Shown: positions 55,668 through 64,000 of the stretch, one piece after another | Numbering within the stretch: the stretch's first letter is position 1 | Layout: each line of letters starts with the position of its first letter | Virus record (IMG/VR): IMGVR_UViG_3300021376_000006 | Source: a virus | Lineage: Duplodnaviria > Caudoviricetes | Direction: 5' to 3' (one strand) | Length of the DNA stretch: 64,000 nt | Program-made: the position numbers and the translations under genes | Notes under the pieces: model-generated | Seen by the model: only the letters and a program-made list of their open reading frames with translations | What the model was told of the DNA's origin: nothing | Databases searched by the model: none

Positions 55668-55740
55668 AATACGTTCTCCTTTCTATAAGCAAGTTATGAC
55701 ATATGAGTGTAGACCCCACCCGGGCATCTACACCGCATAT
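55668..55740 (-). promoter_or_regulatory. ROSE-like RNA thermometer leader of hsp20
   Basis: upstream GTGTAGA/TCTACAC hairpin; CTTGCTT able to pair with AAGGAG leaving a bulged G. Confidence 0.6.
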
Positions 55741-55743
55741 TCT

Positions 55744-57630
55744 TTACGGCTTTTCTGTAAACTCAGCATCTACTACATTGTCATCTGCAGTGGGCTTTAC
55801 AGATTGCTCTGTAGTTGACGGCTGTTTTGCTTCGTTGATTGCATTTGAGGCAACAAACAATTCAGTCAATTTTGTTGTAATTGCTTCTCGGTCTGTGCCT
55901 GCAATGGCTTGTTCTAGTTCACTTATTTTATCGTTTATTGTCTTCGTCTGATCTTCTGCGAGTTTGCCCCCAACTTCTTTCAGATCAGTTCTTACTTGGT
56001 GGATCACTGAATCCGCTTGGTTACGAGTTTCAATGAGCTCTAGTTGCTTTCGATCCGCAGCGGCATTTGTTTCAGCATCGCGAATCATCGCCTCAATCTG
56101 TTCTTGACTTAGACCACTATCAGATTTAATGGTAATCCGATTTTCTTTGCCAGTTTTTTTGTCTCGAGCACTTACTTTAAGAATGCCATTTGCATCTACA
56201 TCTAGAACAACTTCAATTTGGGGCATACCTCTAGGTGCAGGATCGATACCTTCTAAATTAAATTCGCCTAGCAGTTTGTTGTGCTGTACTAGTTCACGTT
56301 CACCTTGATAGACTTTGATAGTAACTGCAGGCTGATTGTCTTCAGCTGTGCTGAACACTTGACTATGCTTGGTAGGAATAGTTGTATTCTTTGGTATTAG
56401 TTTGGTCATCACTCCGCCCATGGTTTCAATACCTAGGCTCAGTGGGGTAACATCAAGTAATAGCACATCTTTACGATCACCACCTAGTACAGCACCTTGT
56501 ACTGCTGCTCCGGCTGCTACTGCTTCATCTGGATTAACATCACGACGTGGTGCTCGTCCGAATAACTGTTCAACCGCTTCTTGCACTTTGGGCATACGTG
56601 TTTGGCCACCAACTAAAATAATCTCATCTATATCGCCGGCAGTTACTCCAGCATCTTGCATTGCTGTACGGCATGGTTCGATGGTACGCTGAATTAGATC
56701 ATCAACTAGACTTTCTAATTTGGCTCGAGTAATTTTAATGTTAAGATGTTTTGGACCAGTGGCATCAGCAGTGATGTAAGGTAAGTTTACATCTGTTTGT
56801 GTGTTGTTGGACAACTCAATCTTGGTACGCTCGGCAGCTTCTTTTAGTCGCTGTAGCGCCATTACGTCTCGGCCGAGATTAACTCCAGATTCCTTCTTAA
56901 ATTCAGTAATAAGGTAATCCATAATGCGTTGATCAAAATCTTCGCCTCCTAGGAATGTATCCCCATTGGTGCTAAGTACTTCGAATTGTTTATCACCATC
57001 CACATCAGCGATGTCGATAATAGATATATCAAAGGTACCGCCACCAAGATCATACACAGCAATTTTACGGTCTTTTTTGTCACTCTTGTCTGCTCCATAT
57101 GCCAGGGCTGCTGCCGTTGGCTCGTTGATTATACGTAATACCTCAAGTCCAGCAATAGCACCCGCATCTTTGGTGGCCTGACGCTGGCTATCATTGAAAT
57201 ATGCAGGGACTGTAATTACTGCTCGTGTTACTTCGTGCCCAAGATAGTCTTCAGCGGTCTTTTTCATCTTGCGTAGCACTTCAGCTGAGATTTGCGGAGG
57301 CGCCAGTTCTTGGCCGTTGGCCTGTACCCAAGCATCACCGTTCTTGCTCTCCATGATTTCATAGGGCATGAGATTGATGTCTTTTTGTACAGCCTGCTCC
57401 ATGAACTTGCGTCCGATCAGTCGCTTGGCAGCATAGATAGTGTTCTTGGGATTGGTTACAGCCTGACGTTTGGCGCCAGCGCCTACCAGAACTTCGTCTG
57501 AGGTATAGGCCACAATGCTGGGCGTAGTACGTGCGCCTTCTGAATTTTCAATTATTTTAGGGATTCCGTTTTCGACAACTGCTACGCAGCTATTGGTGGT
57601 ACCAAGATCAATACCAATGATAGTACTCAT
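55744..57630 (-). CDS. dnaK: chaperone DnaK (Hsp70)
   Basis: [45 protein letters not shown] near end. Confidence 0.98.
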   Translation of the reverse strand: MSTIIGIDLGTTNSCVAVVENGIPKIIENSEGARTTPSIVAYTSDEVLVGAGAKRQAVTNPKNTIYAAKRLIGRKFMEQAVQKDINLMPYEIMESKNGDAWVQANGQELAPPQISAEVLRKMKKTAEDYLGHEVTRAVITVPAYFNDSQRQATKDAGAIAGLEVLRIINEPTAAALAYGADKSDKKDRKIAVYDLGGGTFDISIIDIADVDGDKQFEVLSTNGDTFLGGEDFDQRIMDYLITEFKKESGVNLGRDVMALQRLKEAAERTKIELSNNTQTDVNLPYITADATGPKHLNIKITRAKLESLVDDLIQRTIEPCRTAMQDAGVTAGDIDEIILVGGQTRMPKVQEAVEQLFGRAPRRDVNPDEAVAAGAAVQGAVLGGDRKDVLLLDVTPLSLGIETMGGVMTKLIPKNTTIPTKHSQVFSTAEDNQPAVTIKVYQGERELVQHNKLLGEFNLEGIDPAPRGMPQIEVVLDVDANGILKVSARDKKTGKENRITIKSDSGLSQEQIEAMIRDAETNAAADRKQLELIETRNQADSVIHQVRTDLKEVGGKLAEDQTKTINDKISELEQAIAGTDREAITTKLTELFVASNAINEAKQPSTTEQSVKPTADDNVVDAEFTEKP

Positions 57631-57686
57631 TTATTTTTCTCCTTAATTAAGCAAGTATTTTGTGGGCCCGAAGCACCCTACACAAT
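57631..57686 (-). promoter_or_regulatory. ROSE-like RNA thermometer leader of dnaK
   Basis: TTCG-capped GC hairpin, then CTTGCTTAATTAAGGAG. Confidence 0.55.
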
Positions 57687-57694
57687 TATTTATA
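57687..57694 (-). promoter_or_regulatory. T4-late-type promoter
   Basis: exact TATAAATA upstream of the dnaK leader. Confidence 0.6.
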
Positions 57695-57728
57695 CATCAA
57701 TTATACTAAATTTCACAGTGTGCTACAA

Positions 57729-58022
57729 TTATTTTGGGTTGATTAGAACAAAATTATTACTGACTGTATATCTAGGATTCCATGTAAGTGCAAATTGTGT
57801 GTAATCTTTGTTGTTGTCAAAACTTAACCGATATGTATACTTGTGTATTTTGGTTCTATAAGCAGCAATCTGGTACCTGGTTGCCCATGTATCTAGGTCT
57901 TTTCTAATTTGAGCAAGTGCCGCGCCTGCTGCTGCTCCGCCGGCACCCATTGGCAAGCGAAACTCTATGTACATCAGTACAGTTTTTTGGGTAATTGCTC
58001 GTCGGCCAATCTCTTTTGCCAA
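57729..58022 (-). CDS. F-x-L-x-W family-related protein
   Basis: LSFDNNKDYTQFALTW; true start probably MYIEF. Confidence 0.55.
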   Translation of the reverse strand: MAKEIGRRAITQKTVLMYIEFRLPMGAGGAAAGAALAQIRKDLDTWATRYQIAAYRTKIHKYTYRLSFDNNKDYTQFALTWNPRYTVSNNFVLINPK

Positions 58023-58210
58023 CGTCGGCGTGCTGCTGCTTTTGCTTTCTTGCGACGAGTAGTTGGTTTTTCATAGGTTTCGCGTTCACGTAAATTCTGC
58101 AAAAGGCCACTTTCGGCCACTTTTTTCTTGAATTTGCGTAAAGCCTTTTCTACATTGTCGTGTGTAACTACCACCAAATTACCTATTACTTTGTTTGATT
58201 TTTCATACAT
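57974..58210 (-). CDS. rpsU: 30S ribosomal protein bS21
   Basis: NVEKALRKFKKKV...RERETYEKPTTRRKKAKAAARRR. Confidence 0.92.
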   Translation of the reverse strand: MYEKSNKVIGNLVVVTHDNVEKALRKFKKKVAESGLLQNLRERETYEKPTTRRKKAKAAARRRWQKRLADEQLPKKLY

Positions 58211-58214
58211 AAGA

Positions 58215-58565
58215 TTATTTATTTTCGTGGGCTTGTGCTGCAAAAAAGTGTACAGGATCAGTTATGCGTCGAGGATTTTCTATGTAAAACTTATCGCCAT
58301 AATAGTATGTTTTATCAAGTAGACACAATGATTTGAACTGGTCCAGTCTAGAATTCACAATAATAGTATCGCATGCTTCCACTGCTTGTTGTAACCAATG
58401 ATTGTTATTCATGTTAGGAGTATACGCATACACGTTATAAGCATCTGCAGAATATTGGCAAAATCTTATAACTGCATCCAAATCAATTTGGTCTAGGTCA
58501 ACTAATAACACTGAATACAACCCGTTGTGTATAATGTCGGGCGGGGTAACTAAATTACTATCCAC
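58215..58565 (-). CDS. hypothetical phage protein
   Basis: LVTPPD N-terminus. Confidence 0.6.
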   Translation of the reverse strand: MDSNLVTPPDIIHNGLYSVLLVDLDQIDLDAVIRFCQYSADAYNVYAYTPNMNNNHWLQQAVEACDTIIVNSRLDQFKSLCLLDKTYYYGDKFYIENPRRITDPVHFFAAQAHENK

Positions 58566-60189
58566 GCTTGCCTTTCAATATTTCTTCGATCTGTTGTTCA
58601 ACTTGAGCTTGTTCGGCGTCGCTGAGGTCTTCAATTTCATATTCGCCGGCTTCAAGCTTTTCAATCAGATGCTGAATGTAAGCCTGATTGTAAGTGTAAC
58701 TGTCAGTGGAGTTTTTATCTACTTCGATCCATTTTTGACCATTCCATTTAAACAGTCGGTCAGGAAGATAATCTGTTCTAATAAACATATCACCCTTCAT
58801 GGGCGTATCTGGGAATCGTTCTCCAAAACCGCACTGACTGGCTGCTTGCAATTTGTCATTGTCGGCCTGTATGGACATGCCCGGATACAGTTTGTTAAAT
58901 GCATCTAGGTTGTACACTTTGCCTTTGTAACGCACAGCATAGTCTGCACCGCGTCTGACGGGCGTATTAAATTCATCTACAGGTGGTGGCAACTCTTCCG
59001 TGGGTTCCTCTGTTGCGGTAGCTGCTGGAACCGTTTGTTCTTCCTCTATAAATGATCGAATCTGAGCAATTTGATTGTCAGTCAAAGCACCATCGTCGGC
59101 TGGATATTTTGGCTGTTCGTCGATCACTCGTTGTGCCCACATTTCTTCATTTTCGAGAACGGGTATATTTAAATCTTCGTCCTGTTTAATTTGGTCTGCC
59201 TCGGTATTTGCTTGTTCAGCACGATGTTGCTCATCTAACATATCTGCTGCTTGTGCTGCTAGGTGCGCTCGTTCAAAAAATTCATCTGCCTCCCGATCGG
59301 GATTTATTTTTTCATCCAACCGATTCAACGCAGCAATCTCTGCCTCAGTCCAAGGTCGTTGTTCTACGCCTGGCGGATTGGGATTGGTAGCCATAGCGGC
59401 GGCATCGTCGTCATGAATCCAACCACCACGACCCTGTCTTGCCCATTCAAATTGTTTGTTGGCAGCGAGGATAAGTGTTAGTGCTAGCGGATCAAATACA
59501 ATAACAATAAGTATAATAACCCAACGTACAGCCCGCTCAAGAATATTTTGATCGGGATTGTCGCCGTATATAAGAGCAGCAATATATTTGATAGGTCCAA
59601 CTTCTGCCTCTACCTTTCTAGCCTCTGCGGCCAATGGGGCTCGCTCGGCTTGTAATTGTTGAATTGTTTTTTGACTTCGTGTGATTTCTGATTGTAATGC
59701 GGCTCGTTCTTTGGCCTGTTGCTTACGAATAATAACTGCTTTATCGGTGCCTCGTTCTGAATCTGTTCTTCCTAGCATTTGATCTACTTGGGCATTCATT
59801 TGCTCAATGGCCTTTTTGGCCTGTGCTATGTTTTCTCTTTCTGTGTTAATTTTTTCATCATATATAGCAACCTTACTGGTAGCATCGCCGGAAACCAAAC
59901 TTTGATCACTGTGTGCTTTGCTTAAGAAACCAAAGATACCCATACTGGTTAGTAGCATTAGGAATACGATAGCAGGAACAAGATAGGCCTTGAATACCCA
60001 TCCGGCTCGTTGCCAGTTGTTGTGTAACCAAACTGTGGCAACCAATTTGCCGGCTTCAAGTGCGCCGCCCATAATGATAACAGGTATGACTGCGGCACTG
60101 AATATAGCAGTGAGACCTTCGACCGAATACCATGCAGCGATTGCCGAAATGGTCACAGCCACTAACATGATTAGTGATCCAAATAACAT
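58558..60189 (-). CDS. multi-TM coiled-coil protein with acidic linker
   Basis: N-terminal TMs, TSMGIFGFLSKAH, coiled coil, FPDTP.KGD.F.R. Confidence 0.7.
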   Translation of the reverse strand: MLFGSLIMLVAVTISAIAAWYSVEGLTAIFSAAVIPVIIMGGALEAGKLVATVWLHNNWQRAGWVFKAYLVPAIVFLMLLTSMGIFGFLSKAHSDQSLVSGDATSKVAIYDEKINTERENIAQAKKAIEQMNAQVDQMLGRTDSERGTDKAVIIRKQQAKERAALQSEITRSQKTIQQLQAERAPLAAEARKVEAEVGPIKYIAALIYGDNPDQNILERAVRWVIILIVIVFDPLALTLILAANKQFEWARQGRGGWIHDDDAAAMATNPNPPGVEQRPWTEAEIAALNRLDEKINPDREADEFFERAHLAAQAADMLDEQHRAEQANTEADQIKQDEDLNIPVLENEEMWAQRVIDEQPKYPADDGALTDNQIAQIRSFIEEEQTVPAATATEEPTEELPPPVDEFNTPVRRGADYAVRYKGKVYNLDAFNKLYPGMSIQADNDKLQAASQCGFGERFPDTPMKGDMFIRTDYLPDRLFKWNGQKWIEVDKNSTDSYTYNQAYIQHLIEKLEAGEYEIEDLSDAEQAQVEQQIEEILKGKRG

Positions 60190-60195
60190 AGCGTG

Positions 60196-60203
60196 TATTT
60201 ATA
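60196..60203 (-). promoter_or_regulatory. T4-late-type promoter
   Basis: exact TATAAATA 6 nt upstream of the ATG at 60189. Confidence 0.6.
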
Positions 60204-60261
60204 GAATTGTATGGCTAGTATATTATACTAACGGAATGACGTCAACTAATTAATATGTCAT

Positions 60262-60513
60262 TTATGACGCCCAGGGCCTGCCTTTTTTAAGGCCACCGGT
60301 GTTCGGATTATCCACCAATGAACCGGTGTTACTTGACGCATTGTAGCGTGTAGGCAATTGTGTAGCATCGGCTGAAGTATCTGCGTATCTACCGGGTTGA
60401 ACTAAATTACGGTCAGCCCTGTCTGTTCCTGCAAGGGTTAATTTCTGATCTTGCCTGTCTCTTTTTAGAGCTAATTGTGCTATTCCATTGGCTGACATAT
60501 AATTATTTATCAA
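60262..60513 (-). CDS. hypothetical phage protein
   Basis: LPTRY...NPN..GL..GRPW; GATAAATA upstream; start probably MSANG. Confidence 0.6.
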   Translation of the reverse strand: MINNYMSANGIAQLALKRDRQDQKLTLAGTDRADRNLVQPGRYADTSADATQLPTRYNASSNTGSLVDNPNTGGLKKGRPWAS

Positions 60514-60515
60514 CC

Positions 60516-60540
60516 CAAAAAGAAACCCGCCGAAGCGGGT
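60516..60540 (-). terminator. rho-independent terminator
   Basis: ACCCGC-TTCG-GCGGGT-TTCTTTTT. Confidence 0.8.
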
Positions 60541-60576
60541 CTAAATTACTGCCTTTTTTATGGATATATTACATCG

Positions 60577-60861
60577 CTACTGCACTACCGGATTTTCCAA
60601 TTCAAAATAAGTGTTGCCACGAGCAATACTAGCCTCAATGGTATCATCCCAATCACCTGCTGCCTCATTGCCAAATCTGTTCTCAGCTGCTATTTCAATT
60701 GCGTTTACTAGTACTAGTAAGGCCTCACGACACTCATCGTTGTCTATTGTGCTGATACTTTCACGCATGTAGTCTACCAGTGCTTCCATTTGTTGCATGT
60801 CCAGTTCTTTAATTGCCACACGATCAGCGAGAATATCATCTACTAAATTTTCTACATTCAT
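60577..60861 (-). CDS. acidic hypothetical protein
   Basis: ATGA coupling to upstream ORF. Confidence 0.55.
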   Translation of the reverse strand: MNVENLVDDILADRVAIKELDMQQMEALVDYMRESISTIDNDECREALLVLVNAIEIAAENRFGNEAAGDWDDTIEASIARGNTYFELENPVVQ

Positions 60862-61055
60862 GCCAGACCTCGAACATGGTTGATAACCTGGGCAGCTTCA
60901 GGAAAGCCTTCATGCTCTTTTATTTGTACAGCCGCTTCTATCATGCTCATGTGCATGGCATGCAGTTCTTCGAGATGTGCGTTGATGATTTGCCGCTTGC
61001 GGTTAAGGCTGTACTTGATCGGGCCATATGAACTGTTGCTGTAATTGGGATTCAT
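60858..61055 (-). CDS. hypothetical protein
   Basis: AAGGA RBS. Confidence 0.5.
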   Translation of the reverse strand: MNPNYSNSSYGPIKYSLNRKRQIINAHLEELHAMHMSMIEAAVQIKEHEGFPEAAQVINHVRGLA

Positions 61056-61064
61056 GTGTTTTCC

Positions 61065-61268
61065 TTAGTCGGGTGCTACACCTGGGTCAACAGTTCGACC
61101 TTCATAGTGTGCTCGTGTTACACAAACTGTTTCCAGTCGAAAACGCTTGAGTCCATCAAACCTAGCTGCTTGGCACTGCTGTTTACTAGCATATGGTCCC
61201 ACTGCAACTTTTTCTACAAACTGTCCACTGGTGGTGTAAATCATTACTACAAGAATCCAGCTGGTCAT
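61065..61268 (-). CDS. Cys-x16-Cys mini-protein
   Basis: WILVVMI, GPYASKQQC-x16-C. Confidence 0.65.
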   Translation of the reverse strand: MTSWILVVMIYTTSGQFVEKVAVGPYASKQQCQAARFDGLKRFRLETVCVTRAHYEGRTVDPGVAPD

Positions 61269-61411
61269 AGATCCTCCTGTTTACGATGTTTAAGCTGTCG
61301 CTTGAACTGCCGTTTGTTTTCCACTGTACGAGTTCGGAATGGCGAGCCAGCCTCAAACAACACACAATGTGCTCGGGTTTGTTGGTACGGTACTTTCACT
61401 ATCTTTTTCAT
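61265..61411 (-). CDS. ArfA-like basic peptide (48 aa, not in ORF track)
   Basis: LFEAGSPFRTRTVENKRQFKRQLKH resembles the ArfA pattern L.DPLFRQRV..NKK...Y.RK.KH. Confidence 0.45.
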   Translation of the reverse strand: MKKIVKVPYQQTRAHCVLFEAGSPFRTRTVENKRQFKRQLKHRKQEDL

Positions 61412-61413
61412 GA

Positions 61414-61806
61414 TTATATATTTACTGCTTCTCTATGTACAATAAAACGGTACAGGGCATTGCACTCCATGATAAACTGTGGACCCACATCCATGCTCAC
61501 ATAGTTATCGCCCTGCATGCCTTGTTCACTGTAGCTGACATCGAGAACGGCGTCCGGACTTAAACCAAAATGATTTTCCATACAAGTCAGAAACGAATGT
61601 TTCCACAGCATGTCGGTATAGATCAAGCCATCGTCGTCAACATCCCATTCTGAACGATCAAAGTAAGCTCTAAGCTCTCCAAAATCACCGGTGTCTTGAT
61701 CTATGTAAGCCAGGCACACACGATTGATCCGTACAGTTTTGACCTCAGTACTCCAATGGCCTCGACCGTCGGTACGTGTAACAAAATTTACAGAATGATC
61801 GAACAT
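61414..61806 (-). CDS. hypothetical phage protein
   Basis: GLIYTD...YSEQGMQGDNYVSMDV. Confidence 0.65.
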   Translation of the reverse strand: MFDHSVNFVTRTDGRGHWSTEVKTVRINRVCLAYIDQDTGDFGELRAYFDRSEWDVDDDGLIYTDMLWKHSFLTCMENHFGLSPDAVLDVSYSEQGMQGDNYVSMDVGPQFIMECNALYRFIVHREAVNI

Positions 61807-62000
61807 TATTCTACTCCAAAATGTTTTAATATTTTTTTATACTCGTCCATACCGTTGATCCAAGCAGCATAGGCACATTCCCGCACAATCAATTCGGCGA
61901 ACTTTTCAACAAAGTATTCATGCTCTTCGCTGGCGTAAGGCCTCTGTTGGTCTACCCAGTCTTGGGCTTGTTCAGCAAGTTCTTGGATTCTATCGTTCAT
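61806..62000 (-). CDS. hypothetical protein, FAELIVxEC family
   Basis: MNDRIQELAEQA...EKFAELIVREC...KHFGVE. Confidence 0.65.
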   Translation of the reverse strand: MNDRIQELAEQAQDWVDQQRPYASEEHEYFVEKFAELIVRECAYAAWINGMDEYKKILKHFGVE

Positions 62001-62170
62001 TCTGCCTCCAATTCTTGGATTTGTTTGTAAAGTGCCCAACGCTGTTTATCAATGGCAGCATTAGTGTCCTCGTCAAAGCAACCTGCCTGCTCATCCAAGT
62101 GTACCAATTCTTCGTATAACACATCTATAAGTTTCTGGTCACCCATGATATTACCCTTTCATAGCAGCGA

Positions 62171-62452
62171 CTAACTATCGTCGCGATCCATAATGTAAGT
62201 AAACAAAACCCACTTGGCACGGTTCAACTGCTGGCGTGCGTCTTCGGCTCGCATAAAGTCAACTTCGCCGTATTCAGTATTGACCATTTCTTGTGCATCC
62301 GACATCATGCTGGCAACAATCATGGCCGGGCCGCTAAACTTCATTGTAATGCTCGATTCGACTGCTTCACGCATCTGGGCTTCGGTGCAGCCATACATAC
62401 GGACTTCACGCTTTTGTTGTTCTGTAAGTGCTTGGTAAGTTGCTGTAGTCAT
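62171..62452 (-). CDS. hypothetical phage protein
   Basis: start MTTATY with AAGGAG RBS and own promoter. Confidence 0.6.
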   Translation of the reverse strand: MTTATYQALTEQQKREVRMYGCTEAQMREAVESSITMKFSGPAMIVASMMSDAQEMVNTEYGEVDFMRAEDARQQLNRAKWVLFTYIMDRDDS

Positions 62453-62482
62453 TTTGGGCTCCTTGTTAATTACTATACAGTG

Positions 62483-62511
62483 ATTATAGCAAAATGGGCC
62501 ATTATGGTCTA
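62483..62511 (-). promoter_or_regulatory. sigma70-type early promoter
   Basis: TAGACC-N17-TATAAT followed by ATAGTAATTAACAAGGAG leader. Confidence 0.75.
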
Positions 62512-62604
62512 CCAAAATTGTGTTGCTATTTTAGCAATGATCGTTGTCGTTGTTATGGGCCAAATAAGCCCATACAGCAATTAACAAAACAATAACAAAC
62601 CATA

Positions 62605-62832
62605 TCATAGCAATTTAATAACAAGTCCCGCTGTATAGATCAGCAACAGTGTTGCATTTATAACAATAAGACTCCACTCGCGCCACTTTACGGCTACAAT
62701 CAGCCACAAAAATGCCCCTACATTTAGTAGGCCTGGTCCAAGTGGATAAATGTTAATAGAAGTGCAAATAGCCCCAACGATTGTTACAAAAGTTGCAAGC
62801 CACTTGAAATAAAATGTCGTGTCCTTTTTCAT
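62605..62832 (-). CDS. small three-TM membrane protein
   Basis: KWLAT...YPL...W.EWSLI..N. Confidence 0.65.
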   Translation of the reverse strand: MKKDTTFYFKWLATFVTIVGAICTSINIYPLGPGLLNVGAFLWLIVAVKWREWSLIVINATLLLIYTAGLVIKLL

Positions 62833-62838
62833 ACTGGT

Positions 62839-62867
62839 ATTATAGCAAAAAGGATCATTATGCTGAA
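62839..62867 (-). promoter_or_regulatory. sigma70-type promoter (weak -35)
   Basis: TTCAGC-N17-TATAAT. Confidence 0.5.
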
Positions 62868-62879
62868 GTTAACAAAATA

Positions 62880-63104
62880 TTAATGAATTGTTAAGTCTTC
62901 GTTGAACTGGGAAAGATCAATAACGCCCAACAGCTTCATAATTTTTTGTATATTTTTGGGTGGTTTATCAGGCGGAAATTCTGGTATAAATGCGTACTTT
63001 AAATTTCCCTCTGCGTCAAAGATAAAACCATAATCTTCAGCCCCAATTTCATCGTCGTATTCTTGAACAGCATCTTCGACTGTTAATTCCAGGCGTTTGC
63101 TCAC
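62880..63104 (-). CDS. hypothetical protein
   Basis: DYGFIFDAEGNLK; GGAGG RBS; TATAAATA at 63124-63131. Confidence 0.6.
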   Translation of the reverse strand: MSKRLELTVEDAVQEYDDEIGAEDYGFIFDAEGNLKYAFIPEFPPDKPPKNIQKIMKLLGVIDLSQFNEDLTIH

Positions 63105-63133
63105 GGCTGCCTCCTATTTTTAGTATTTATAGC

Positions 63134-63511
63134 TTACTTGAATAGGATAAGTGCCATGAGAACAGCTTGAATCACAAAGCCCAAGCCTATTGTTACAATA
63201 TTAAGCAAGTCCTTTAAGATAACAGCACGACCAAACAACAGCACGAGTCCCAACCACATAAACAGCACAACATCCACGCTGGGTGTTGAATCTGTCAATC
63301 CAGTCAAGAGAGCCAGTAAAGTGGGAACGGTGGCAGCATGAAGTGCAATAGCTGCCAACCATCCCATGGTCTCTGCCGATATTTTGCTAAAGTGCGAAGA
63401 AAAAAAATCAATCACACTTGACTTGATGCGGTCAAAATCAATTTTTCTTGAATCAGTTTTGTTTGAAGTGTCCATTAGTTTAGATTTTGGTGTTGAATAC
63501 AAAATTGGCAT
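63134..63511 (-). CDS. three-TM membrane protein
   Basis: three hydrophobic segments. Confidence 0.6.
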   Translation of the reverse strand: MPILYSTPKSKLMDTSNKTDSRKIDFDRIKSSVIDFFSSHFSKISAETMGWLAAIALHAATVPTLLALLTGLTDSTPSVDVVLFMWLGLVLLFGRAVILKDLLNIVTIGLGFVIQAVLMALILFK

Positions 63512-63526
63512 TATTAATTATCACGC

Positions 63527-64000
63527 TCAACTATTATAGAAAATATGGCGGCCAATCTTGGCAATGGGCTTTTTACCCCATCCTGGTCGAACATAGTCTG
63601 CATGATAATACATGGCATTTTTGAGACTGGGTAATCTAAAGTTTTCTAGCAATACTTTTTTAGCAACTTCTGCACTTTCATTGTACAAGGGTTGATAAAC
63701 AGGACGTACTCTATGAGTTCCTTCACAGTACCACGAAAACTGGCAAACCACTCGAGAATAGATTACATTTTTTTGATACACGACTGCACAGATGTCATTG
63801 GGAAACTGGCTACTATTAGTGCGATTGATTGTTACTTGAGCCACAGCTACTTTACCTTCAAATGGTTCGCTGGCGGCTTCCCAATAAATGTTCTGCGTCA
63901 GGCATCGTAGCTGGCGAGATCTTTCTTCTCCAGTAACAGGATGCACAGCAGCCATTTCGGCCTTCTCGGCCTTGAGTAATTCAAATTTGTTTTTGGTGAC
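63527..64000 (-). CDS. SleB-like cell wall hydrolase (Hydrolase_2), 5' truncated by window edge
   Basis: NIYWEA..E...G..AVAQV..NR, CQFSW, YYHADYV.P.W, IGRHIFY; frame open to 64000. Confidence 0.9.
   Translation of the reverse strand, partial: VTKNKFELLKAEKAEMAAVHPVTGEERSRQLRCLTQNIYWEAASEPFEGKVAVAQVTINRTNSSQFPNDICAVVYQKNVIYSRVVCQFSWYCEGTHRVRPVYQPLYNESAEVAKKVLLENFRLPSLKNAMYYHADYVRPGWGKKPIAKIGRHIFYNS

Noticed and set aside
516-63910. Most plus-strand ORFs in the track (e.g. 516..956, 5745..6317, 14588..14998, 51827..52207)
   Set aside because: Antisense shadows of well-supported minus-strand genes, with no RBS or recognisable motifs.
1-64000. Genome-wide TAG recoding (code 15)
   Set aside because: TAG ends bona fide genes (e.g. 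27398, 33668, 63527) and long ORFs are intact under code 11.
1-64000. CRISPR array, integrase or IS element
   Set aside because: No regularly spaced repeats and no recombinase/transposase motifs seen.

Overview
This window looks like part of a large T4-like/jumbo tailed-phage genome, probably infecting a freshwater betaproteobacterium (inference). Genes are dense and almost all on the minus strand. It has sigma70-type promoters (TTGACC-N17-TATAAT), T4-late-like TATAAATA boxes, a tail-fibre gene, a DNA ligase and many short hypothetical ORFs. Highlights: (1) a circularly permuted two-piece tmRNA gene with a long structured intervening segment. (2) A ~9 kb host-type redox/metabolic cassette (NAD-dependent formate dehydrogenase, class II aldolase, LldD-like oxidase, endonuclease III, COQ7-like hydroxylase, cytochrome c, DoxX, PsiE, a lone paaA) lying between genes whose products share an MR-x-(E/D)-F-x-x-E N-terminus and may be protease-processed head cargo. 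(3) A seven-member family of Cys-x15-17-Cys mini-proteins, three of them missed by the ORF track. (4) ROSE-like RNA-thermometer leaders before both dnaK and hsp20. (5) Translation/proteostasis genes: bS21, a bL12-like domain, an ArfA-like peptide, ClpS, DnaK, Hsp20. (6) An NDP-sugar dehydrogenase / 2OG-Fe oxygenase / amidinotransferase / radical SAM cluster. All assignments come from motif recognition by eye; no database searches or folding programs were run.
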